Shown here: one piece after another, positions 40,201-52,929 of the stretch
Layout: each line of letters opens with the position of its first letter
Numbering within the stretch: position 1 is the stretch's first letter
NCBI GenBank assembly: GCA_051453625.1
Contig: JBOZIK010000001.1
Coordinates: 18,456,089-18,520,088 of the forward strand
DNA from: Welwitschia mirabilis
Lineage: Eukaryota
Direction: 5' to 3'
Length of the DNA stretch: 64,000 nt
Made by a program: the position numbers and the translations under genes
The notes under the pieces: generated by a model
Databases searched by the model: none
What the model was told of the DNA's origin: nothing
Seen by the model: only the letters and a program-made list of their open reading frames with translations

Positions 40201-43200
40201 AACGATGATGGAAACCAAATTCAACCATAATCCTTATGAATATGAAAGATAAAATCCCTAGGTTAATGGCCTCTTTATCGAAATTTTTACAAGTAATTAC
40301 TATTTTTTTAATTTTAATGGATTAAAATGCCATGTATTTAAGGTGTTCATTAAATAAACTTATAAAAATTCAAAAATCAGTAAATACATTTTCAAATACA
40401 AATGTTAAGAAAAGTGTGCACAAGAAAATATCCAATTCCCACATTTTCTTTTCACATTTAACCTTTTCTACAATCATATATATATTCCTTGTTTTAAGCA
40501 TTTGGATCATATTGAGCATCCAACATCATGGAATTTTCTTCCAATTGAATTAAGCATGTTGTTCTAGAATAAATTAGTGGTGCATTGCAGTAAGCATCTG
40601 TAGCCTTGATGTAGTTAGTTATGCCATAAGTAGATTATTATAGTTGCATTACAAGCAAACATTTCTAGCCATGATGCAGTTGACTAAACAAAATAAATTG
40701 ATCAAAGATAAAATGTTCTTTTAGAGAAGAGACATTATATTTTCTTTTGATTCTACTTTTCATATTCATTATTTTTTATGCAGAAAGGAGGGGTCATTAG
40801 CTCATTAGCTTAATTAAGAAATATTCTATTTCCATCAACTACTTGAAAATAACAAAATGTGATATGAAAGTAGATTCCACCTTTTTCATCCATATTTTCT
40901 AGGATCGAAGACCTTAAGTGAAACTAATCTTAATAAGATAACTCAAAAATAAGTGTGAGCTTTTCTTGAACAATACAAGTGTAATTAGCTTCTACCAAAG
41001 CTTTGTAATGATAAAAGGATCACTTATTAATGGTTCATTTGTTAAAGACCATTAGCTAGGTCATTAAGTCTTATGAACTCATAGATGAATGAAAGGGATG
41101 GATGATTGGTGTGTTTAATGAAATGGCTTGAAAATGGAATGGGTATGTGAAAAGGCTTCAAGGGATGGTAGTGTTTATAATCCTCTATAAATAAAATGTC
41201 CTTTAGTGTTATTTAGCTTATTGCAAATCAAAAGATGCTCCCACAATAAGGGTTTTCAATGGCATCAAAAGAGAAGAACTTTGAAATGCTACTGTCATGT
41301 GGTTCAAACTGATGATTATGTAAAGAAGGCAAAGGAATAACAACATTTACTGAGGACGACTTTACACATAAGTGTAAGAATTTTTAAAGGGAATTTAAAG
41401 TGTAAATACTAGGGTCTAGAAATCTGAAATTAGATGAAGTCCAAGCTATGGCATTTTTATGATTTATAATAATTCATCGAAGGATGAGTTTAAAGCATCA
41501 GAAGGATCATAAGAGGAAGCAACATTTTACTCACTAGGAGAAGAGTTAAGATCATAAATTTCATAAACAAACTAAATCTCAATATCATCTCTAATAATGC
41601 AATAATATTGAGAATATTTAACTCCACCCTTATGTTGTCAAATGAAATTTCCATTAGGCCATTCCTATAATTAATAAGAGCATTTGATGTCAAAAAAAAA
41701 AAAGCCCCATCTAAAATAGCAGAAATTGAATTGTGATTTATCAATTTCATTTCTAACACCATGAACTCCACTAGAAAATAGCAATTATCTACTTAAATAA
41801 CACATCTTCTACTATTGCTAGTGGTAACTTCATTGAGTTATTAGTTAATTATAACTAGATTTTTTTTTTTTATTTGAGATCATTTAAGCAACTTCTTTGT
41901 AAACTAAATGGGGTAAGAGATTTATGCTTGCTCCAAGTTCTAATAGGTATTACCTAAGATGCTTGTCTCTAATTATAATAGACATTGTTAGGCAACTAAG
42001 GTCTTTATAATTTGAGGTGATATGATTTTATATTATTACACGAGTTTGTTAAGGTCAAAAGGCTTTTTTCTTAACATCCATTCTTCTCTTAATTGCACAC
42101 ATGTCCATGAGAACTTTGGCATAAGAGGATACTTATCTGATGGCTTTTAACAGAGGCATGTTAATTTTATCTTCATTAAAAATCTTTAGGAACTCTAGTT
42201 ATGTTTTCATAATATTCTCTTTCCTAAGTTATTAGGAAAATGGTAGAGGTTTTTGGTAAATGGGAATAGGTTTTTCTAGTTCTTCTGCTATTTTTTTCCC
42301 TCATTAGTTATTATGGGTATTGGTTCCTCACTAGTTAGGCTTTTCTTAGGTTATTAACTTATCTCTTTTTCACTACTCAAATGAATGGCCTTGGTTTCTT
42401 CCATGTGGTTAGCCTTTATTCCTTATATAATTTTAATTCCTTAGTGATTTAGTTATGAGCTCATTGTAAGTTTATCAAGCTCTTAATGATTTAAAGAAGA
42501 AAGAAGGATGTTGGTTCACTGAAGTTATTAGAGGTTTTGTTTAAGTTTTTGATTTATTTTCATTTGCAGTTCTATGAACTTCTTAAAGGTATCCTTCAAC
42601 AAGTTTGATATGGAACGCTTATGGTTTGATAAGGTATGATGGTTTGAATGGTAATTTTTCAAAATTTAAGGATGAGTAGATCATGAAAAAGAGTTTTTAA
42701 TTGACTGGCATGAGATTGATTATGGATGTTATCCTATTTTCCAATGATGTCTTATAATATTTACTCATTATTGAAGTATGATTTGGAAAAGAGGTATAAA
42801 AGGATAATTAGTTATTTCATGAGAGTCTATGTGGCAGATCAAGTATTTGGATTTGGATGTTAATGGTTTACGCAGACTGGTGAGGGATTCTATTCTTCTT
42901 GAAAGCTCATCTATTAGGTTACTAACATCAAAGTTTNNNNNNNNNNNNNNNNNNNNNNNNNNNNNNNNNNNNNNNNNNNNNNNNNNNNNNNNNNNNNNNN
43001 NNNNNNNNNNNNNNNNNNNNNNNNNNNNNNNNNNNNTTTTTTGGTATTCTAAAAATACTTGTTAATCTAATCGCATGATTTTTAACTAGATGGTTTAATA
43101 GATTTCACCCAAGAGCTTTTGGCTATAGATTCTAAATAGTCCCAACTTCCTCTAATGAAAAATTTATGAAGCTACACTTACTCATCATTTATATTAATTT

Positions 43201-44642
43201 CCTATTATTTGACAATAATACTTCATATGAAAAGCTAATAATCTTGCCTAGTTCGAACACATGTTAGGGCATTTTTCTAATAGATCCTTAAACCTTTCTA
43301 AAGTTTGTGGAAATGTTTCATGGTCCCTTTGCTAGTAATTCATAATTTCTTAAGATCATTAGTTTTGTGAATCAAAAAATTTTTTGAGATAAAGGCTTTA
43401 TTTAGGTTTGTTCAAGTTATAATGGAAAGAGGTTTGATGGCGTACAAACAAGCTTCTATTTTTTCATGTAGGAAGAATAAGAAAAGGATTAATCTACGAG
43501 CATCCACGATGTTGGAAAATTGAGGTAATATTGATAACACACATTTAAATTCTTTTAAATGGAGGTATGGGTCTTCTAATTCTAATCCATGAAAATGAGG
43601 GAGTACATAAATGGTAGATTACTTAAAATATAATCTACATGCTATTGGTTCTTAGGAACTAAGATTGAAGGTAATCTCTAAGGGTTTGCCTAAGAAAAGT
43701 GTTTTTAAAGTAATTAGACTAGTTTTGTGATACATACTAGCTTGGGTTTTAAGTTTTCTAATAATTCTTCATTCCAAAAGGGTATGCTGTTGTTGTAATA
43801 AAGGTTTGAAAGGTATATTAGGCATTTTGATTGGGTTGTTGAGGTTGTTGTTCTCTATGTGACTCTTCATGGAATTGATTTCTCAAAGGAGTTCTTTATT
43901 CATTATTACTAATACTAGGATTCATGTTGTCCTAAGAAGGAATTCTAATTAAACATCCTAAATTATTATGCATCTAATACATGCAAAAATAGAAAGATTT
44001 CAGAGGGAGCTTAAAAGAAGAATGGGTTTTAGAGGGTTTACAAGGTTTTCAAACCAAGTTACAGAGTGTAATTTATAGAAAAGCTAGTAGTGCTAGTCAC
44101 GAACAATGATGATGCCAGTTGTTCGACATTTCATGATTTGGGAAAAGAGTATGTTGGTTGTAAATGCTGTGAAAAATAGTTTAGGTTGTAAGGTTTAGAA
44201 AATAAATAGAAAGAAATTAAAACAATAGAGAATTTGGAAAATAAAACCAATGAAAGAAAATCCTTTTTTCTCTTTTTGACAATTTTAATAGCAAAAATAG
44301 AAAGGTATAGAAAACTAAAACTAATTATTGTAATGGAAATTGCAAAAATAAAAAGAAAAACCAAAAAGTAAGTTCTTATGGATTTTCGATATCTATACTT
44401 TTTGATTCTTATTTGGGTTGCAAACTTACAAAAACTTCATTAGACCTACAACAACAAAATATTTATGAAAATATTTTCAAGATAGAGCAAAAACTTAACA
44501 GAACTTAGAAAAATGGACCAGTTTGGGTATCACTGAAATGGACTAGTACCCACCACTAGAAAGTACAGAAATTAAGAGAAATGTTGAAAATATAATCTAA
44601 ATAGTTCAAGTAACACTAGAAGTAACTAGCACCAACCACTGA
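37264..44642 (-). mobile_element. Athila-like element copy B: gag-protease, pol deleted, env-like ORF relic, PPT, 3' LTR (~37264-38449)
   Basis: gag LPHFHGLELEDPYLHLKEF ~43550-43605; PR LLELGASINLLPH ~41905-41945; no RT/RNaseH/IN core; GGTTAGGGAG PPT abutting TGTTATAAC at 38449; 5' end interrupted by the Sirevirus LTR. Confidence 0.78.
38800..39650 (-). pseudogene. Extra 3' ORF relic (Athila env-like / putative plant transposon protein domain)
   Basis: Translation ARIETRGWKYLLKEANTFKYPKWML*FCKN fits the remembered I..RGW..F.....YP.LVREFYAN pattern; located between the pol terminus and the PPT. Confidence 0.6.
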
Positions 44643-47600
44643 TGTTAGGACTAGCTATCATAGAGGGCAGGGGCAAATAGAATAGCAAAGGTAATTTTTG
44701 CAATTTGAATGTTTAATACAATGTTTTGACAATGTAATTTATCCTCTAATTAAATAACAACTACTGTGAAATTAACTATGATGATAATTCATGTAATTAA
44801 TAATGAATATAATAGTTCAACATATGATAATTAACTAAATAATAAAGAAAAATAAGCATAAGATATAAAAAACAATCCTATTTTTATTTATTGTAAGTGT
44901 AGCCTCCAACTAAACATCTAATGGGACTTTATGATTATTCTTCACTAATACAATCAAAATTTTCTAGAAATCTTTAGCCTCAAGAATAAGCTAATTCATC
45001 TCGCCTATTATTACAATTGAGTATAAAGAGAAGTATGAATGATTTGGAGTCCAATAGATTGAGATTAGGATATCAGTAGAAGTATAATGTTTAATTAACA
45101 AAAGGTGTAAATCATTACAATAGCCAAATGATTTATACAAGTATGCTTATAGCTATTGTACGTTACATGGATAAACGATATGATTATTGAAGCCTGGAAA
45201 ACAACTAGTTAACTTCCCAAGATGAAGTTTTAATGGTTGTTAATAGTCTACAATAGCTATTTTGCTATAAACCGTTAGACCAATGATCAACCCCTTAGAG
45301 GTTAGGATTAACTCCTTACATTACATTAAGCTTCTTATGCAAGTCACTTAGGCTAGGTAGTCAACCCTTTGATTTGAGTTAGTTGATCATTTTAATTACA
45401 ATTTATCTTCATAAGTCAAGTGATCGATCCTCATGAAGTTCTAGTCAACCCCTGATATTTGACATTCTTATGTCTATTGGTCTACCATATAATGCTTTTG
45501 ATCATTATTCTTTATCAGCCTATGGTCGACTCCCTAAAGAATATTGGTCGATTGTCTAAGGGATTTCTACTAGTTTAGCTATTCTTGTGCTTCAATTTCT
45601 CTTTTCTTTCGATATGACTTCTCAGTGCCTCACTTATAGTATGTTCTAGAATTTGCTCTAAGCCATCCAGTTTCGCCTATAAACAACATTATTTTTTTAC
45701 TAAAATTGGATAGATTTTGGTTTGTTATCAATAGATAATTAGAAGGTGTAATAATTTCCTCCTTTGTTATTGATGATAATCAAATAAAAAATTATCAATT
45801 CTCTGTAGGTTGGTTCTTCCCCTAAGTGGGTGCTTCCCTTAAGTATATGTCTAATACATAATGAAATAAGTTTTTACTGACTAGAATTTGAAAAGCACAA
45901 GGCATAAATAAAATACAAGGGAAGTGAAACATTAGCTTAGTGAAGTGCTAACATTATCATCAATCAATGTTGTAATTACATCAAATTCTAGTTTATTACA
46001 AAGTAATATACATGACATCATAAATAATAAAACAACCCATATTATGTTGNNNNNNNNNNNNNNNNNNNNNNNNNNNNNNNNNNNNNNNNNNNNNNNNNNN
46101 NNNNNNNNNNNNNNNNNNNNNNNNNNNNNNNNNNNNNNNNNNNNNNNNNATGTTGATGAGCATGTAGAAAACATAAAAGAAAATCATTTTAACATATTAA
46201 CAAATAGCACAAGTATTTGCTTTCTAACACAAATATCTATTTTTTCTCCTTCTTTATCATCAATGACAAAGGAGATACAAAACTCTAGCATAGAAAAGGA
46301 AAAGATAATAAATAAGAAAAGAGTAAGGAAGAGTGCATCAAATAAAACTAACCAGAATCACCTATGAAAGAGGTGCAGCAACCATAGCCAAAATTGAGAG
46401 CATCATGTTATGAACCTATGGGAGATAATCAAGTTAACAACATGGGTGAGAATGAAGTAGGCATTGATGAAGCAAAGTCTTAGAGAGTAGAGAAACCACT
46501 AGGCTAGAATCTGTGATGCATATACTAAAAAGATTCTCAAAGTTCCCATTATGATGAAGAGGCCTCTTGAAAAGAGAAAAGTTGACATAGATTCAGTAGG
46601 ACCTCATTCTAGCTAGGAGGTGATGTAGGTACCTACTTCTTTTCCTCTTGTTCTTATAATTGTTCTTCCTTCTTGGATTCCTCCTCCTCATCATCATCAT
46701 CCTTGGACTCCTCTATATATTTCTCCTTTATGTCCTCTTCATAAGGTTCTTTCTCTACCTTCTCCTATGTAAGCACCTTTACCTTCTTATTTGACTCCTC
46801 CTCCTCTTTAGTCTCTAATCCTAGATAGTTTAGTTGAGGATTAGGAAATGGTGTCAGTGAGTAGGAGGGTGAATGGGAAGGAGGTCAAAAAGTATCTGGT
46901 ACATAGTCCAATCTCGTTAACTCCTCAAGAAGGTACATCATTCACTACTAAGGTTCCTCCTTCTCATATAATTAGGTATGAAGAGAAGTTAGTAGAACCA
47001 TCATTAGATTCATGGGTCCTATAGAGTAGGTGGCATGGGAATGAGATCCTAATGAATGGGCATGTAGAGACTTTGTGGCTTTATCATGAGGAGGTCTCAA
47101 AACAAATCCAGTCTCAAAGATGTGCATCCATGCTAATATAAAATAATTAAGAGGCTATGAAGACTTGAGAATGATGACATCATGTTACATTAATGGAATG
47201 TGACGATGATAGCATAACCCCATAATCAAGCTACCATATCTAAGAATGCTATTCTCATACTATATAGTATGCACTAGAAATATAAAAATGATTGGTGCAT
47301 TTATTTTATGTTGTGAGTAAAGCTAGTGTAGAAATCAAAGTTTATAAAAATTGATATCATTCCTGTGTCCACAAAGTGATAGAAGAGTGTATTCAAAAAT
47401 TAGGTGCACAACATGATGGAAAGTCATTAAGTGTTTAACTCTAAACATCATAGAGGATTCCTAATCAAATTAGGCCAAAAATAGATCCTATGCATGCTGA
47501 AATCAATTGTGGGTAGTCAAAATCAGTAAATGATAAATCAAAAACACTCCCTCTAGGGATGTTAAGTACCCATGAAATGGTATTTGAAGTTATCTTAAAG

Positions 47601-50600
47601 TTTAACCCAAAGGTCATGGTCAAGAGAAATGAGTCTCTTATGAAAATGATCTCAACATTAGCATAGAAAATGCCAATAACCTCTGCAATTACCTTTGAGC
47701 AGTGATTAAGAAATGACTTCCACTAGTGATACTTAAAGATTTACTCAATAAGGAGGTAAAGAGATTTAAAGATAAATGCCTAGATTTCCCTTTCTCTAAG
47801 TGAAGTCTTTGATTTGAAATCTATTTCAAATCATCGCCTAATTTGTCTATCCATTCGAGTGAACAAATCAACCTATCTTAAGGTGAAAGCCTCAACCTTC
47901 TTACCCTTGGTAGCATGAGAGAGCTAAGGAGCCGTTTACAATCAAATCATACCATTATAACCAAAAAATAAAAAAATAGCAAATAAATGCTTAATAAATT
48001 AATAAGTTTTATACATAAGCACAAAAGAAAATGTATGCAGATTGTTAACATAAATTAACATGATATGAGATGCCAAAAATTCATCAGAATGGTAATTTTA
48101 AGTGAATGAACTAAAACTAAATTATGCATAGATAAATGATCATAGATGATGAATCATGTAAAAGGAATAGAGAGTGGCCTGATTAAGTAGNNNNNNNNNN
48201 TAAAAAAGTATGAAGATAACTGATAATTAATTAAATAATGAGAAAAGTTTATAAAAGAGTGAGAAATCCAAGAATTGATGCAAAAACTAGTCACATATAA
48301 CAAAAGCTGACCTAAAAATGATAAGAGAGTATGAAATTTAAAACACAACAAGGAGAAAGACATGAGCTAGGTTAAAAGAGATTGAATAAATGTTAAATTA
48401 TTAAAACATTTAAACCATACATGTTGAATGCTTGAACAATATGTAAGAAAGTTGCAAAATATTACTAAAAGAGCCTTTGAAAAACCAAAATGTGACAAAA
48501 GAAGCTTCTAGAAGGTTAAATAGATCTAAGAGTATGATGAAATTTGAAGAGAGTGAGGTGATAAGTGATGAATCGCACTAAAAATTTATAGAAGCATGAA
48601 GTTTACATAGTGGGTATTAACCCTTAAGGTTAGGCAATCGACCATTTTGAGAATATATACAAATATTAGATCAAGGGCAATCAATCCTCCAAGGATAGTT
48701 GTTGACCATATTAGGCAATGATCAAACCTCACATAATCTTATTGATTGTCTAAGACCCATGAAAAACTAAAACTAATGTAATCAACCTGGTAGGTTACTC
48801 ATAGCAGTTGACAATTTATGATAAGAGGTTAATCCCCTTGAGTAGAAAAGAGAAAACTTAAAAGAGAAGAAAATTCAAATTACAAAAAAATTTAAAAGAA
48901 AAGATTGTACATGGTTAAGAAAGATAAAGTAGAGGTAAGAAAATAAGAAGAAAGAAGGAAAGTTTTAAGAACAAGGATTAAGATTTAAAGATTCATAGAG
49001 AGAGGTAAAATGGTCTTGTAAAAGGGGTTTGGTCAAAATGTCATCTAATTAATGGTTAGTAAGTATATATTCACGCTTGATATCTTTGGAATCAACATGA
49101 CCTCTAATGAAATAATGACAAATGTCAATTTGTTTGATTCTTCAGTTAAGCAGGGAGTTCGTGAAGATGTTAGTGATACAAGAATTATCACAGAAAATAG
49201 GTGTATTAGATTCATGAATATTAAGATCTTATAAAGCATGATGAATCCATAATGCTTAAGCTACATAGCTATTAGTAGCCACATAATTAGTTTCAACTAT
49301 GAATTAAGCAATGGAGGGTTATTTCTGAAACACCTAACTAACTAAACATGATCCTATAAAGTAACAATAACCACTAGTGCTATTCCTATCATGCCTAGAA
49401 CCAACCAAATCAACATAAAAAAAAGGTGCATAAATTTAATGTAGTATCTCTAATAAACCAATTACTATAGTTTAGGATGCCTTTTACATACCTGAGAATG
49501 TATATAACAATCTTAAAGTGAGATTATTTGTGTTTAAATTGATTCTCCTATTGAAAATGTGATGTCAAACATAGTTGTTTTCAGGTAAAGTAGACTCCAA
49601 ATCATACTTCTACATATCTCAACATCCAAATCCTTGCGATTCTTATCAACATCTATTTTATCATTAGTTCTCATTGGTGTAGATGCCGGTTTCTAATGAT
49701 TTAGTCCAAGCTTCTTCACAAGTTCACTTGTGAATTTTTGTTGAGATAGAAATTCAACATCTATTCTTTGCTTAACCTATAATTCAAGGAACACTTATAG
49801 CTCATCATGGCTAATTTCAAAATGATTATCATAAGTTTGAAAAAATCATAATATATAAAGTCCATAGTTATTCCAAAGATAATGTCATCAACATAAATTT
49901 GCATAAGCAAAAAGTTAGAATTGATTTTTTTAAACAAATAGAGTTTTATCTATTTTACCTATAATGAAATATGATCTAAGAGAAAAGAAATTATTTTTTC
50001 AGATCAGCCTCTTGATGCTTATTTGAGTTTATATAGTGCTTTTCTCAACCTATAGAATGACATGGATACCGTGGTTCTTTAAATCTAGTAGATTGTTTTA
50101 CAAACACAAGTTTGTTTAATATTCCATTCGAGGAAGAACTTTTTATAGCCATTTGACAAATTTTAAAGTTGTAAAAACAAGATAGTATAAGAAAAATGGG
50201 AATTGATTCTAATCTAGTACCTAATGCAAAAGTTTCCGCAAAATCAATGGCTTCCAAGTGTAACATTGTACCACCAACTTTGCTTTATTCCTTACCACTT
50301 GAGAGCTTTTATTTAGTTTGCTTTTAAATACTCATTTGATACCAATAATATTGTGATTTGTTGGCCTAGGAACAAGCTCTCTTACATTACTTTTCTTGAA
50401 TTAGTTAAGTTCTTCTTTCACAGCATTGAGCAATTTTCATCTTGTTTATCTTCTTTAAAAGATTTAGGTTCTAAGGTAGAAACAACACAAACATCTGCAT
50501 AAATTGAACTCCTAGTCTTTACCTTATCAAACAAATCATCAATTATGGATTCTATGAATAGATCCTTAAGCACAATTATCTTCTTAAGTGTTGAAGTTTC

Positions 50601-52500
50601 CTTGTAAGAGGTAGAAGAAAAGGAAGGAAAGAAAGTAGAGATTTCAGCATTTAAATAAAGTCTTTTAGAAATTAACTCCACTTCTTCATCTTCATTATCA
50701 CTCTAGTGATTACCTTCATTTATTCTAAGATGAACACATTTATTAATTCTACTTAAGTTTTGGTTAAATACGTAATAGAATTTACCTATTTCAGAATATC
50801 TAAGGAAAAAATCCTTCTAATTACCTTGAGTCAAACTTTTTAGTTTTGTCATCATTCTTTAAAATATAGCATTTACTACCAAATATTTTAAAATAAGATA
50901 TATTTGGCCTTTTCCATTTCCATAGCTCATAACAAGTTTTGGTAATACAAGATTTAGGAAAGGCTTTGTTGGATATATAACAAGCTATGTTAAGAGCTTC
51001 AGACCAAAATCTCTTAGTTATTTCTTTTTTTTGTAACATTATTTTAGCCATCTCTTGTAGCACCTTGTTATTCCTTCCCATGACACAATTTTCTTGTGCG
51101 GTTTCAAGGCTGATAATTTGTGGGTAACACCTTTTTTCTTACATCATTCTTCAAACATTTCATTTTCAAGCTCTCCTTTATGATCACTTCTAATTTTCTT
51201 TAAACAAACTCTCCATTTAGATTCATAGTGGATATTTATTTAACATCTTCTACATATATTTCCTTTTACATCCATCATTGTAAGACAAATTATTTTGGTA
51301 ATCATCTTTATCCCATCTCTTTTGCTTACTGCATCCACTCCCATGTTTATTGCATTTCTAGTCTTACTTATTACTATTTTCACTGTTATCATCTCTATAT
51401 CTTATAGAACTAGCTCATATGCCACTTCACCACTATACATCACACTACTTAGAACATCTATAAATATCTTAATTAGAATTTTGAAATTCTAAACTTTAAT
51501 TTTTAATTAGTTAATAATGTTTTTATAACCTAGTCAAATGTTCACTTGAGTACTTTCAATTAGAAATGATTATATAATGCATTGTCATTTTTAATTCTTA
51601 TTGAGGATTTTTTAATATCTAAAATATTGTTAACTAGATCCAATTCCTTGCATATTTTCATGTAAATAATGTTTATCTTATTCAAGAGATAGATGAAATT
51701 ACTATTTGATTTCTCACTAAATAATATCTTAAATGTTTTCATAACCTCATACTTAAATGTATGTTCTGTACCATCTACTGATCACATTTATTTGTGACTA
51801 AGTAAATTAAAGAAGGCACTATCTTATTAATCATTTTTCGTTTTACTTTAGCATGATCACTTGTTGATGATGAATGATAATTTCCTTTTTAAGTAATATT
51901 TGTATATCTACTTAGCTTTGACTACAAAATTGGTCTATCATGTGATTAGCCCTAAGTAAACTTATCATTTAATATGGTACTAAAATTTGTCTTAAAGTTA
52001 GTTAATAATTTCACTAATTTTATAGTGGTTTCATCTTGGACACCTCAAATTAATTTGAGTTCATCCTTTTAGATTTCTAGAGTTCATAAGCATTATTTCA
52101 GAGAATTCCTTTTAGAGTAGTAAAGCTAGCATGAGCTCTAAAATTTTTTATATATAACTTTTTAAATTTTTAGTACATTATGAATTTAGTAAAGAATAAT
52201 TCACAATTGATACTATTTGAATAATTAATTCAAATTAGAAAAATTCTAGCTATGATACAAGAGAGGAAAAAATTACAAAACTTCATATACTCTAATTAAT
52301 AAAGATGTTAGTCATGTAAATAGCTAAAAATTCCTAATTAGAAATATTCTAATTTTGATCTCTAACTAGAAATTATCCTGAGTTTGATTTAAAAAAGCAT
52401 TTACTTTAGAATTAAAACTCTTTCTAGATGTCCAAACTTCCTTTGTAGTGTCTAAATTCCTTTACGAATTCATATATAATACATCCAATTAGCAAGGAGT
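44643..52500 (-). mobile_element. Degenerate Sirevirus (SIRE)-like Ty1/copia element with env-like ORF; 3' LTR ~44643-45753
   Basis: IN NKVLQEMAKIML...FWSEALNIACY...FKIFGSKCYIL 50821-51081; RT IDFAETFA...RLESI, QIYVDDIIFG ~49875-49905; RNaseH ~49050-49450; multiple PPT-like tracts (45754, 45816, 45833, 46243); left end clear, right end uncertain. Confidence 0.82.
46600..47920 (-). pseudogene. Sirevirus env-like ORF relic
   Basis: IFKYH*WKSFLNHCSKVIAEVIGIFYANVEI ~47650-47745, followed by low-complexity P/S and acidic tracts; positioned between pol and the PPT array. Confidence 0.55.
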
Positions 52501-52929
52501 CTATATTCATAAATATTTAAAGTCAGAGAGTTCCTAAGCTTAGAGTGCTAATAAAGATGAAGTTAAGAGGGAATAGAAAATGTAAAAAATAGTCTAGAAT
52601 AATAATGTCATCAACAACTATATCATTAGCATATAATTATTATTTATATATTTAGGGTTATGGTTTTTCCATTAGAATTTTACCCTAAAAAATGACTAAG
52701 CCCACCTTTATAAGTGGTTAAGCTATTATAGCTATTACTATAGTAATAATACTAATAACTAAATTTATAAGTCATAAGACTTCAATAAGTTTAAGATAAT
52801 TTAGGAGTCATGGTGTATTCCTTTTTAGATCTAAGTGTCATTCCAATTTTACAGTATTCGACGAGTATTTATAAATCCAAGTTCCTAATTGAACTTATCT
52901 TTAATTAAGTTCTTACATCCTTGATACAT

